DNA from: a virus
Virus record (IMG/VR): IMGVR_UViG_3300045988_109049
DNA: 64,000 nucleotides
Direction: 5' to 3' (one strand)
Shown here: in pieces, positions 52,711 to 62,689 of the stretch
How the letters are laid out: each line of letters opens with the position of its first letter
Position numbering within the stretch: position 1 is the first letter of the stretch
Notes under the pieces: model-generated
Told to the model about the DNA's origin: nothing
The model's input: only the letters and a program-made list of their open reading frames with translations
Database searches by the model: none
Position numbers and translations under genes: made by a program

Positions 52711-55113
52711 ATGTCTGAATTAATAAATTTACCTCCACAGCAATTACCATTCTCCAAGAAGAATAAGAAGTGGAGAAAGGCACATCTTGATTGGGCTGAC
52801 TCTAAAACTTTCTTCAACTATAGTCTTGTAAGAAAATCTGTAATTCATAAAAAGATCAATTATGACCTTTTGAATGGAAAACTTCATATGTCAGATATAG
52901 AATTAGTGTTGAACCCTGATAGTATAAAGGCTGGATTTGTTCCAGATAGGATTCAGCATTATCCTATTATGAATAGCAAATTAAATGTGTTAAGAGGTGA
53001 AGAATCTAGAAGAGTCTTTGATTATAGAGTAATTGTAACTAATCCAAATGCTATCTCTGAAATAGAGAATAATAAGAAGGAAGAGCTATTACAGAACCTA
53101 CAGAAACTAATGGCTGATACATCTAAATCTGAGGAAGAATTTAACCAAGAATTAGAAAAACTTAATGATTATTATACCTATGAGTGGCAAGACATGCGGG
53201 AGATAAGGGGGAATGCTATTCTTAATCACTATGTTAAAGAATATAATATCCCATTATTATTCAATAATGGCTTCATGGATGCAGTCACTGTAGGTGAAGA
53301 AATATATCAATGTGATATTGTTGGGGGAGAGCCTGTAATAGAAAGACTTAATCCTTTAAAGGTTAGAATATTCAAATCAGGTTATTCTAATAAAATAGAA
53401 GATGCTGATATAATTATAATAGAGGATTATTGGAGCCCTGGTAGAGTTATAGATACATATCATGATGTCTTAAGTAAAAAAGATATTGAATATATAGAGA
53501 ATATCCCTGACCATATTGGTCAAGCATCTATTGATTCAATGGATAATATAGATGAAAGATTTGGATATGTAAATAACCATATGGTAGGAGAAGAGATAAG
53601 TACAGATGGGTTCTATTTTGACCCCTTTAATCTATTCTCAGATTCTATCTCAAATTCTTTACTCCCTTACGATCTAGCAGGCAATATTAAAGTGCTAAGA
53701 ATGTATTGGAAATCTAGAAGGAGAATAAAGAAGGTTAAATCCTATGATCCAGAGACTGGGGAAGAAGTTTATAATTTCTTTCCTGAAACTTACATTATAG
53801 ATAAGGATAATGGAGAGGAGGAGCAAATATTTTACATAAACGAAGCTTGGGAAGGTACTAAGATAGGAACTGATATTTATGTAAATATGAGACCTAGAGT
53901 AGTACAATATAATAGATTATCTAATTCATCTAGATGTCATTTCGGTATTATAGGAAGTATATATAATCTTAATGATAGTAGGCCATTTTCTTTAGTCGAT
54001 ATGATGAAGAGATATAATTATTTCTATGATGTTATTCATGATAGACTAAATAAGATAATGGCTAGAAACTGGGGAAAACTATTAAGATTAGATTTCGCCA
54101 AAATTCCGAAGAAATGGGATATAGAAAAATGGATGTATTATGCCAAAGTTAATGGTATAGCAGTTGAAGATAGCTTCAAAGAAGGTAATATAGGAGCTGC
54201 TAGTGGAAAACTTGCAGGAGCTCTTAATAATTCCTCTTCTGGAGTAATAGATGCTGAGTTTGGAAATTCTATTCAATCACAGATTAACCTTCTTGAGTTT
54301 ATCAAGATGGAGATGTCTGAGGTGGTTGGGATTACTAGACAAAGAGAAGGACAAATAAGTAATAGAGAGACAGTAGGAGGAGTGGAAAGAGCTACCTTAC
54401 AATCTTCTCATATAACTGAATGGTTGTTTGTTGTACATGATGATGTAAAGAGACGAGTATTAGAGTGTTTTCTGGAAACAGCTAAGATAGCTTTTAAGGG
54501 AAGAAGTAAAAAGTTCCAATATATTTTATCAGATAATTCCATGAGAATTATGGATATAGATGGGGATGAATTTGCAGAAGCTGACTATGGTTTAGTTGTT
54601 GACAATAGCCAAGGTACTCAAGAATTAGCACAGAAACTGGACATGTTAGCACAAGCTGCTTTACAAAATCAAGCATTATCATTCTCTACAATCATGAGAT
54701 TATATAATTCTAGTTCTTTAGCTGAAAAGCAGAGATTAGTAGAGAGAGATGAACAAGCTATACAAGCAAGAAATGCCCAAGCTCAACAGCAACAATTACA
54801 GACTCAGCAACAAATAGTCCAATTAGAGAATGAACAGAGATTAGCTGAGATGCAGCAGAAAGAACAAGCTAATATAAGGGATAATGAAACTAAAATCATT
54901 GTGGCTCAGATACAGGCTAATAGTAAGGAAGATGGAATAAGTGAGCCTGAAACTGATGATGATAGAGCTAATTTAAGAGAGAAAATTAGAGAGTTCGATG
55001 AAAAGCTTAAACTAGAAAAAGAGAAACTTTCCTTTGAAAGGAAAAAACACTCTGATGATATAAGAATAAAAGAGAAATCTTTACAAAACAAAAATACTAA
55101 CTCTAATAAATAA
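52711..55113 (+). CDS. portal protein (with a Gln-rich coiled-coil C-terminus)
   Basis: An 800-aa ORF directly after TerL. The call rests on position and size. C-terminal QARNAQAQQQQLQTQQQIVQLENEQ. Confidence 0.6.
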   Translation: MSELINLPPQQLPFSKKNKKWRKAHLDWADSKTFFNYSLVRKSVIHKKINYDLLNGKLHMSDIELVLNPDSIKAGFVPDRIQHYPIMNSKLNVLRGEESRRVFDYRVIVTNPNAISEIENNKKEELLQNLQKLMADTSKSEEEFNQELEKLNDYYTYEWQDMREIRGNAILNHYVKEYNIPLLFNNGFMDAVTVGEEIYQCDIVGGEPVIERLNPLKVRIFKSGYSNKIEDADIIIIEDYWSPGRVIDTYHDVLSKKDIEYIENIPDHIGQASIDSMDNIDERFGYVNNHMVGEEISTDGFYFDPFNLFSDSISNSLLPYDLAGNIKVLRMYWKSRRRIKKVKSYDPETGEEVYNFFPETYIIDKDNGEEEQIFYINEAWEGTKIGTDIYVNMRPRVVQYNRLSNSSRCHFGIIGSIYNLNDSRPFSLVDMMKRYNYFYDVIHDRLNKIMARNWGKLLRLDFAKIPKKWDIEKWMYYAKVNGIAVEDSFKEGNIGAASGKLAGALNNSSSGVIDAEFGNSIQSQINLLEFIKMEMSEVVGITRQREGQISNRETVGGVERATLQSSHITEWLFVVHDDVKRRVLECFLETAKIAFKGRSKKFQYILSDNSMRIMDIDGDEFAEADYGLVVDNSQGTQELAQKLDMLAQAALQNQALSFSTIMRLYNSSSLAEKQRLVERDEQAIQARNAQAQQQQLQTQQQIVQLENEQRLAEMQQKEQANIRDNETKIIVAQIQANSKEDGISEPETDDDRANLREKIREFDEKLKLEKEKLSFERKKHSDDIRIKEKSLQNKNTNSNK

Positions 55114-55118
55114 ATAAG

Positions 55119-56177
55119 ATGTTAAGAGTAAAGGATATAATTATTTCAGAGTCTGCTCCGAATGATTCAAAAGTTGGATGGATAACCATTAGTAATGGAA
55201 AGCCTGTACTTAGATTCAATATAAATGGAGTATGGAAGGATATGACGGAAAAGACTGATAACCCAGGAGAGGATGTAGATAATTATTATAGAATATTAGT
55301 AGATCCGGCTGGAGGTCTTTGGTTGCTGTCCATATATGGAGATGCAGATTTGAACAATGATGAGCAGACTACTGATATGACCGCAGTTTGTTTCAGTACT
55401 GAAGAATCCTTAATGAGATGGAGATTTGTTGCCGGATACACTGTTGGTCAGTATAAGGCATTAACTGGAGAAACTATTTCAAATGAAATTGATTTTGATG
55501 ATAAGCATCAATTTCCATTATATATTGACTCAGATTTAATTAGTTCAGCAAAATATGGTCAATTAGAAGACACAGATACTTTAACAGAGATACTCCAAAG
55601 GTTATGGGGTAATTGTGGGGAAGGAACTGTAAGACAGTTTACAGACGGCTATGGAAACATATACAATGTATCTAAAGTAGCAGATAGTAATACTGTTTCA
55701 GTAATTAAGTATTTTCCAGAAGAACAATGGGTAACCTTTTTATTTGGGTCTAATGTAAGCTTCTCTGATAATGCTGCTATAATAGCAGCTATGAATGGAG
55801 GGAGCACAGTTACTATAGATTTAGCAGATATACAATCTATTATATCTTCTACTAGATATGGAAATACAGATAATTCTAATGTTACCCTTTATCCTAATCA
55901 GACAGTATGGTGTTCTGTAGCTGCAGAAGCATTAAATGTTACCATCAATACAGATGGTAGGGAAAAAAGTAGTGCGATGTCAGGAGTAAGTTATTTGGCT
56001 TGTAAACCTTATGTTAAGACTATAAATCTTACAGCTGGAGCCAATATCAGTATATTTCCAAGTGGTCCCTTGAGCTTAACAGGCAGTGGAAACAAATTAG
56101 TACAATTTACCTTCGTAAAAACAAGTGAAGGAATTGCTTATGAGGTTTATGTTAGTAAATTAGGAGAAGATTTTTAA
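55119..56177 (+). CDS. putative virion/tail fibre-like protein
   Basis: Late-module position. N-terminal IIISESAPNDSKVGWI motif resembles that of the 37-aa ORF at 61004. Confidence 0.45.
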   Translation: MLRVKDIIISESAPNDSKVGWITISNGKPVLRFNINGVWKDMTEKTDNPGEDVDNYYRILVDPAGGLWLLSIYGDADLNNDEQTTDMTAVCFSTEESLMRWRFVAGYTVGQYKALTGETISNEIDFDDKHQFPLYIDSDLISSAKYGQLEDTDTLTEILQRLWGNCGEGTVRQFTDGYGNIYNVSKVADSNTVSVIKYFPEEQWVTFLFGSNVSFSDNAAIIAAMNGGSTVTIDLADIQSIISSTRYGNTDNSNVTLYPNQTVWCSVAAEALNVTINTDGREKSSAMSGVSYLACKPYVKTINLTAGANISIFPSGPLSLTGSGNKLVQFTFVKTSEGIAYEVYVSKLGEDF

Positions 56178-56181
56178 GATT

Positions 56182-57930
56182 ATGGGAGTGATAAGAAAAT
56201 TAAAAGATAAAGAACTGGTTGGAGGAACCCAAGATGAAGAAGTTTATCCTATAACAAGTACACAATCAGTTTATAATAGCCAGAATAAGACATTGGATCA
56301 GCTGTTAGCTCTTAATCTTCCAATAAATATTTCTGCCAATTATTCTGCCAATTATTCTGCCACTGCATACTCTCTTCAAGAGGCTATAAGTGCAGTTCCC
56401 TTATATGATAGAAGGATTGGATTTGTAGGAACATTTTTATCTAAGGATTTGACTCCGAATAAGTGGGTAACCATACAGTATAATGGTGTATCTGTAGATA
56501 GTAGTGCTTGGGTTAACCCTGATAATTGGGTTCAGATGTTATCTGAGTTAGATATAGTACAATCTATTGGAGAGTCTGAAGATAAAGTGATGAGTCAGAA
56601 AGCTATAAAAGAGTATGTTGAAAGAAATAAAGACTCTACAGTAACGTATGACTTATCTTTATTTGAAGCATTATCTTTTGGAGATAATGTCAGCAATGCT
56701 TTTGTACCTATATCTGGTGGATTTGAAGGCATGTCTAAGTTTCCTTCTATAGGGGATAAGGTAGCTAACGTAGCTTATGGTTCTATCCAAGGAGTGGTAA
56801 TATTCTCTGGGATAGAACTAAGAACAGGCAGAAAAGTGGTAATATATACGAGTTATGGAGGAGTAAATACTATATATATCAATAACAACTCTGTCTCTAA
56901 TATATCCAGAACTCATGTATATAATTTTGCCTTATTAAAGACTATTAACGGTGATAGCATGTCTTCAGAACTTAGAGCTGCATTTATACCAGTGGGGGGT
57001 AATGAATTAATTCCTCCTAGAGCTGGAGATGTAGCTGTTTCAGCCGGATCCTCTGAAAGTGCCGTATTTGTTTCAGTTACCTATGATGATAGTGCCTATA
57101 CCATTCATTATATAGTAAATGATGAGCATAGGATGATAAAAGCATCTTCCGATTGGGTGATACAGGACTATACTGTATATAGCTTACCAGAGTTAAAATA
57201 CTCAATAGAAGCTCTAACCGCTAAATTACCTTTATCTAGATTTCTAGTACTTCAAACCGGAGACTCACAAGTAAATGTTGCTAAAGCATTAGGTATGAGT
57301 TCTAGTGCTACTAGTGGTATGATAACTACTTCATTGATTAGATTAAGTACTGTTCCTGTAATTAATCTAGTGTCTAATAACGCTGATACTAGTGAGAATA
57401 GAATAAAGTGCAATATAAGTGAATTTTCTGAGATTATAGGTACTTCAGCTAAAACCTTGCATAGAATATCTTTTATTTATATGGGTAAGGCATATGATTA
57501 TGACTTCTATGCAAAAGATAATAATGAATACACTGTTAGAGTTACAGTGGGCGGATTAAATGTGGAGACCCTGTCATTTGTTAATATTCAGGCTCTGAAT
57601 GGTTCTTCTAATGTCAATACTATAAAAACTGCTTTAAAAATAGATAGTTCAAAATCCATTAAGTCTAGACTGGAAGAGCTATCAAAATGTACAGTAGTAT
57701 TAACGGATGATGATGCAAGTGACAATTTTGAGGATAGAACTTATGTAAATTTATATAAAAGTAGAAAGAGTATAAATTCTACTTCATATGCAGGTGTAGC
57801 TATGACCTATATGAGTTCGAATTATATACAAACTACTTTCTTCTATAATCCAACTCCGGAAGAGGAAGATTTAGATTATTCAAAAACACATAGAGAGGTC
57901 TATTTATTGGGTGAACCTTCAATTGACTAA
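56182..57930 (+). CDS. putative tail fibre/receptor-binding protein
   Basis: N-terminal ..EVYPITSTQSVYNSQNKTLDQLL is fibre-like. Contains an in-frame 12-nt tandem repeat (56332-56355, SANYSANY). Confidence 0.45.
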   Translation: MGVIRKLKDKELVGGTQDEEVYPITSTQSVYNSQNKTLDQLLALNLPINISANYSANYSATAYSLQEAISAVPLYDRRIGFVGTFLSKDLTPNKWVTIQYNGVSVDSSAWVNPDNWVQMLSELDIVQSIGESEDKVMSQKAIKEYVERNKDSTVTYDLSLFEALSFGDNVSNAFVPISGGFEGMSKFPSIGDKVANVAYGSIQGVVIFSGIELRTGRKVVIYTSYGGVNTIYINNNSVSNISRTHVYNFALLKTINGDSMSSELRAAFIPVGGNELIPPRAGDVAVSAGSSESAVFVSVTYDDSAYTIHYIVNDEHRMIKASSDWVIQDYTVYSLPELKYSIEALTAKLPLSRFLVLQTGDSQVNVAKALGMSSSATSGMITTSLIRLSTVPVINLVSNNADTSENRIKCNISEFSEIIGTSAKTLHRISFIYMGKAYDYDFYAKDNNEYTVRVTVGGLNVETLSFVNIQALNGSSNVNTIKTALKIDSSKSIKSRLEELSKCTVVLTDDDASDNFEDRTYVNLYKSRKSINSTSYAGVAMTYMSSNYIQTTFFYNPTPEEEDLDYSKTHREVYLLGEPSID

Positions 57931-57934
57931 TATT

Positions 57935-58264
57935 ATGAATGTTAGACATGATGATGATTTTAAAATTTCTGTAAATTTTGTTGGAGAGGATGGCACTCCA
58001 TTAAATAACTCTGAGGTAAAGTTTAACTTTGTTTATCAAGATTGCGAAGGTAATAAATATGAAGTATCTTTCGATGGAACAACCAGATTGAATAATGTAG
58101 TCAAAGATGATCGTGTTGTAATTATATTTAATGCTAACACGTTTCAGAGAGGCCAACTATCTGTAACAAGGAGATACCAAGTGGATGATAGTGATTTTAA
58201 TGATGGGGTATGGAACTACAGTTCTCCTCAAGGTAGTGAATTAATAGATGTGATTATAATATAA
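57935..58264 (+). CDS. hypothetical small beta-rich protein
   Basis: Start moved to the ATG (MNVRHDDD) after the upstream stop. Confidence 0.5.
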   Translation: MNVRHDDDFKISVNFVGEDGTPLNNSEVKFNFVYQDCEGNKYEVSFDGTTRLNNVVKDDRVVIIFNANTFQRGQLSVTRRYQVDDSDFNDGVWNYSSPQGSELIDVIII

Positions 58265-58270
58265 TTAGAT

Positions 58271-59680
58271 ATGCAAGATTCCTGTATTACAGTACAAATA
58301 CCAGTCGTAGAAGAAGAAATAATCTGTCCACAACCTCAGATTCAAGTACAAGAAAAAGTAGTAGTTCCAGCTATTGTTCAAAAACCTAAATTCATTCCCG
58401 ACCCGTCATGGGGAAATCTTGACGAATGCCCGGATAATGACATTTGGTTTGTGGTGACAGACGATAAACCGACGACATTTGAAGATTATATTTTTGTGCA
58501 GTACTCCTCTTTTGATGTAAAAAGTTATAAGATAGATTGGGGAGACGGTAGTGAAATTTATACCGCTATCGCCCCAGCGACTACCAATATAACAAACCAT
58601 AAATATTTAAAAGGAACTGGCAGAATAGATACTAATGGCAGGGAATTTTGGATAATGAAGGTTACGTATGAATTACATTCGATTGACTATCCCCATTATA
58701 TTTATCCAAACGGTTATGTGTATATAAATTATCCTCAAAAGATATTTAATATAGCTCCTTATAAATATATTGTATTCGGAAAGAATCTTCGTAAGTTTGA
58801 GTTCTCCGTCTTCGACATAGCGACATTCCCCTTAGAAGCCATTAAATTTCTATCGGATACAATAGACATGATTCCCTCTTTTCCTTATAATAAAACCAGA
58901 TTGAAATACATATTACATGCCGGGGATACTTTAAAATTAACTAAGCTAATCGGTTATAGATTTAGGAGTGGTGTCTGTCAAGATTTAAGTGACATTCAGA
59001 TTGAAGGAGGAGAATTTGGAGAATATCTATGGGGTTGTGAAAATCAAACCAGAGGTAAAGTAGACCTTTCTAAAATGAAGGTATCATCGACTAACACATG
59101 GAGTCATTGCTTTTATGCAATTGGACAAATGGTCGAGGAAATAATCATGCCTCAGGAACCATTTACTGGTACTTATGTTAGGAACTGTTTTTTTAATTGC
59201 ACCTCATTGAGAAAATTGGTATTACCCAAATCGATGCCGAATGTAGAGGATGCAGAAGGATTTTTGCAAAATTGTAGACAGTTATATGATTTTGAATTAC
59301 CAAGCGATTTTGGGTCAAAAGGAAATGGACTCATTCTTAATATGGATTATGTACCAAAAACCATGAGATTGGACCTAAAAAATACAAAGATAAGATGTTT
59401 AGTGTGGTCAAGTGAAAGAGAACATTCAAGTATTGGTCTAATTGGGTTAACATTTTCATCGGAATCCCCATTTGATTATCAAATTGGTAACGCACATTTA
59501 TATTTTCAGTTTGCTCCACTTTCTTATGACGCCATAATAGAAATTTTTAATCAGTTACCAAATTTCAAAGGTGAATCAGTAAGAGTTATTAACATAAATG
59601 GATGTGCCGGGACATCTGAACTTACGGAAGAAGATATAAAGATAGCTACGGATAAAAATTGGCAAGTAATAGGAGTATGA
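58271..59680 (+). CDS. BspA-type leucine-rich-repeat (LRR_5-like) protein
   Basis: Repeats such as NCFFNCTSLRKLVLPKSMPNVEDAEGFLQNCRQLYDFELPSDF match the F..C.sL..i.lP pattern. Confidence 0.5.
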   Translation: MQDSCITVQIPVVEEEIICPQPQIQVQEKVVVPAIVQKPKFIPDPSWGNLDECPDNDIWFVVTDDKPTTFEDYIFVQYSSFDVKSYKIDWGDGSEIYTAIAPATTNITNHKYLKGTGRIDTNGREFWIMKVTYELHSIDYPHYIYPNGYVYINYPQKIFNIAPYKYIVFGKNLRKFEFSVFDIATFPLEAIKFLSDTIDMIPSFPYNKTRLKYILHAGDTLKLTKLIGYRFRSGVCQDLSDIQIEGGEFGEYLWGCENQTRGKVDLSKMKVSSTNTWSHCFYAIGQMVEEIIMPQEPFTGTYVRNCFFNCTSLRKLVLPKSMPNVEDAEGFLQNCRQLYDFELPSDFGSKGNGLILNMDYVPKTMRLDLKNTKIRCLVWSSEREHSSIGLIGLTFSSESPFDYQIGNAHLYFQFAPLSYDAIIEIFNQLPNFKGESVRVININGCAGTSELTEEDIKIATDKNWQVIGV

Positions 59681-59883
59681 AAAGAATACAAGCAAAAAAT
59701 GGTTTTATGCTGGTAAAAACTGGTATAGAGGAAAGTGGACTACCTTTTATAGTAATTACTCGTGCTATATCAGGTCCAGATAATAGTGATTTTTCTGATT
59801 GGAAAGAATTACCAGAACAAGAAGCATTGGAATTACAAGAAAAATATAATACAGAAAATGGGAACAATAATTTCAGGAACTAA
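59659..59883 (+). CDS. hypothetical small protein
   Basis: Overlaps the upstream gene end. Confidence 0.5.
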   Translation: MASNRSMKRIQAKNGFMLVKTGIEESGLPFIVITRAISGPDNSDFSDWKELPEQEALELQEKYNTENGNNNFRN

Positions 59884-59894
59884 TACAAATTATA

Positions 59895-59905
59895 GGGGGG
59901 GGGGG
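59895..59905. repeat. Homopolymeric G11 tract
   Basis: Counted directly. It lies between an ATG at 59858 and the ORF 59958-61001. Confidence 0.95.
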
Positions 59906-59957
59906 AGGAAGTACTCCATCCCCTAGTACTGATAAAATTGATGTAGGAAGCTCCAGA

Positions 59958-61001
59958 TTGTCATTATCAAATTCTGACTTTACTGTAAATAATATAATGG
60001 AGAATTTGGATTTTAGTAATCTTGAGTATACAGATTTTTCAAGTATAAAACGACTTGAATTAGTAGAAGGTATCAGTACTGACTCCCCTGATTTCTTTGA
60101 ATTGTATTATGATATACTTAAATATAGTGGAAGTATTGGTATATGTGAGAACTGTTTTATAAAATATAAGGATCTAATAGATAAACTCTTGGAGATTAAC
60201 CTATCCAAGATAAAAGATATATCCAACTTGTTCAAAGGAGCTCAAGTAATAATAGATGACCCAAGTGATATACAAAGATTAGAAAGGGGGAGTCCATTAC
60301 TTAGTAACTTCGCTTCTAATTACTTAAATAATGACTCTGCCAAGATTGTAGGGGATACTTTTGATGACTGTATATTTTACATAGTTAGTAAAACTTCGAC
60401 TATCAACGAAATTACTGTAGTAGATGATATTAATATCTCTAGCAATGTAAAAATGCTCAAGGGGATGATATATTTACTTGGACGTATATCAGTTGTAAGA
60501 CTTCCAGAATTTACAACAGAGGGAGTAACGCAGGTTACTCCAGTAGGGGTAAAATATTCTGACATTAATATTCTGAATATGAATAAAGATCAAGATAATA
60601 TAATTCAGCTTAGTTCTAATGAAGCTCCTATACAAGAGATTGGAGATCTGACAGGGGATATAGAAGATGTTATGGACTTAGTTTCTGGTACTGTAGTTAA
60701 AATAGGAAATTTAAATGTTCCAAGTTTTGAAAATAAGCCAAATGTTTTTCTTGGTAAAACTTCTTTAATGGAAGTAGGAAAGTTTCCTATGATTTTAGGA
60801 AGTTTAGATATAAGTCAAACTTCTTTTAATACACAAACCCTTGAAAAACTCTTTAATGACACTGCTAACCAAGGTATGCAGAAGTTACTAGGTGGTGAAT
60901 CTGCCACAATCTATGTAAATTCATATATAAATAACAGCTTTACCCAAGAGCAGAAGGATAATATCAGAGCACTTGGGTATATAATAACTGTAAAATCGTA
61001 A
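59958..61001 (+). CDS. late structural/adhesin-like protein, apparently gated by the G tract
   Basis: The ORF-track start is TTG. The frame is open back to 59871 with no ATG. An ATG at 59858 would be in frame if the G tract were 10 or 13 nt. Confidence 0.55.
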   Translation: MSLSNSDFTVNNIMENLDFSNLEYTDFSSIKRLELVEGISTDSPDFFELYYDILKYSGSIGICENCFIKYKDLIDKLLEINLSKIKDISNLFKGAQVIIDDPSDIQRLERGSPLLSNFASNYLNNDSAKIVGDTFDDCIFYIVSKTSTINEITVVDDINISSNVKMLKGMIYLLGRISVVRLPEFTTEGVTQVTPVGVKYSDINILNMNKDQDNIIQLSSNEAPIQEIGDLTGDIEDVMDLVSGTVVKIGNLNVPSFENKPNVFLGKTSLMEVGKFPMILGSLDISQTSFNTQTLEKLFNDTANQGMQKLLGGESATIYVNSYINNSFTQEQKDNIRALGYIITVKS

Positions 61002-61003
61002 AT

Positions 61004-61117
61004 ATGTTAGAAAGAAGAGTAATACTTAGCAGTAGTGAACCTGATAGAAATTCTCTATGGCTTCATGCTAAGGATCTATTAGAAGGTCTGAGATCTGCTG
61101 GTGTTCTAGAACCATAA
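61004..61117 (+). CDS. small ORF (37 aa), not in the ORF track
   Basis: My translation: MLERRVILSSSEPDRNSLWLHAKDLLEGLRSAGVLEP*. Confidence 0.35.
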   Translation: MLERRVILSSSEPDRNSLWLHAKDLLEGLRSAGVLEP

Positions 61118-61128
61118 ATATCATAGAT

Positions 61129-61755
61129 ATGATTACTATTATTAAAAACTATTTATTGGTTATACTAGTAGTAATATTTGGATTACTCATTACTAGTACT
61201 TGTGTTTTTTACAACAGATCAAAAAATCTAGAAAATGAATTGTCTGTTTCCTTAGCTAATGAAAAGGCTTTCTCTGCAGAAAATTCTATCTTGAAGAATG
61301 AAAGTAGAGTGTTTCAGTTCAGAATAGAACAATTAGACTACTATAATGACTCTCTTCTAGAGCAAATGAATAAGGTTAGAAAAGAACTTAAGATAAAAGA
61401 TGGTAAGTTAAAGCAAATGCAGTATCTATTAGCTCAGTCTTCTAAGAAAGATACTATATTCTATAGAGATACTATATTTAAGGATGCAACTATTAATAAG
61501 GATACTGTATTAGGAGATAAGTGGTACAAGTTAAAGCTGGGTCTAAGATACCCTAATACTATAATAGTTAATCCTGAATTTACTACAGAAACTAATATAG
61601 TTTGGAGTATAAATAAAGAAACTATAAAACCCCCTCATAAGTGCTGGTTAGTAAGATTATTTCAGAAGAAACATAATGTACTGAAGGTCGATATTGTAGA
61701 AAATAACCCATACTCAACAGTTAAAAAAACTAGATTTATAGAGGTGATAAAGTAA
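61129..61755 (+). CDS. membrane-anchored coiled-coil protein
   Basis: N-terminal TM helix LLVILVVIFGLLITSTCVF, then a coiled coil. Confidence 0.55.
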   Translation: MITIIKNYLLVILVVIFGLLITSTCVFYNRSKNLENELSVSLANEKAFSAENSILKNESRVFQFRIEQLDYYNDSLLEQMNKVRKELKIKDGKLKQMQYLLAQSSKKDTIFYRDTIFKDATINKDTVLGDKWYKLKLGLRYPNTIIVNPEFTTETNIVWSINKETIKPPHKCWLVRLFQKKHNVLKVDIVENNPYSTVKKTRFIEVIK

Positions 61756-61792
61756 TAATAAATATTTTATTTATATAGTTGATTATATTAGT

Positions 61793-62089
61793 TTGTTTGT
61801 ATATCTTTGTATATATTTAATGCATGTTATAATGGATAATAGAATAATAAATAGAGCTGAAGTTATTAACTCTTTACAAGTAAGCGTGTTAAAAGATATC
61901 CCAGCAGGTGACTTTAACCCAGGGATTGGATTTTTAGTTAAGAATATTACTGAAGAAAATATACAGTTACGAGTGAGACCAGCTGGTCAACTAGAGTTTG
62001 TAACTACTATTTTGTATCCAGGTTGGAATCCGGAAATTTATTCTGAGATTAAAGGAGTATTAGCGAATACTCTACAATATGGATATTAA
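61793..62089 (+). CDS. hypothetical protein (start uncertain: TTG 61793, ATG 61820 or 61832)
   Basis: Clean ORF. Confidence 0.5.
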   Translation: MFVYLCIYLMHVIMDNRIINRAEVINSLQVSVLKDIPAGDFNPGIGFLVKNITEENIQLRVRPAGQLEFVTTILYPGWNPEIYSEIKGVLANTLQYGY

Positions 62090-62101
62090 ATCTTAGATAG
62101 A

Positions 62102-62111
62102 GGGGGGGGGG
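62102..62111. repeat. Homopolymeric G10 tract (intergenic)
   Basis: Counted directly. All three frames close just upstream (TAA 62087, TAG 62094, TAG 62098). Confidence 0.95.
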
Positions 62112-62125
62112 AATGAAAAATATTA

Positions 62126-62302
62126 TTGGAATTTAACGTAGGTCATTCTACAGGAGGTAGTGGACTATGTATAGGAGGAAAAGTAAATGATCAGATCAAT
62201 GGAGATATGTTTTTTCACAAACTTCTTCTATACCCTTATTCTATGCATGTAGATCTTTTAAAAAGACAATTAAAGAAATTGAAAATAGAAAATAATTTTT
62301 AA
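62126..62302 (+). CDS. possible small ORF (58 aa, TTG start)
   Basis: My translation: (L/M)EFNVGHSTGGSGLCIGGKVNDQINGDMFFHKLLLYPYSMHVDLLKRQLKKLKIENNF*. Below the track length cut-off. Confidence 0.3.
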   Translation: MEFNVGHSTGGSGLCIGGKVNDQINGDMFFHKLLLYPYSMHVDLLKRQLKKLKIENNF

Positions 62303-62305
62303 TAT

Positions 62306-62689
62306 ATGGATCCAAGTTTAATTACAGGAATTGTAACTTTGGGTACTAACCTAGCTACAGGTATAGTAACTTGGTTACTAGCTAGAAGAAAATATAATAC
62401 AGAAGTAGACTCTAATGAGATAGAAAACTTAAAGAAATCTCTAGCGTTTTATGAGGATATAGTAAGAGATAACAATAGAAAGCTTCAATTCTATATTAAA
62501 CTTGCTGAAGACAATAGAGTAGAGGTATATAGATTAAAGGGTATTATTCATAGATTACTAAATAATTCCTGCTTGGATAATGTATGTACTAAAAGACAAT
62601 TTTATACTGAAGACCAAATCAGGGATATATTAGGGGAGGTAGCTCCTAACTTAGAGGAAAAGAATATTAAAGATGGAACTGAGTCTTAG
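62306..62689 (+). CDS. holin-like membrane protein (tentative)
   Basis: N-terminal TM helix ITGIVTLGTNLATGIVTWLLA, then a charged helix. Overlaps the lysin gene start. Confidence 0.45.
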   Translation: MDPSLITGIVTLGTNLATGIVTWLLARRKYNTEVDSNEIENLKKSLAFYEDIVRDNNRKLQFYIKLAEDNRVEVYRLKGIIHRLLNNSCLDNVCTKRQFYTEDQIRDILGEVAPNLEEKNIKDGTES

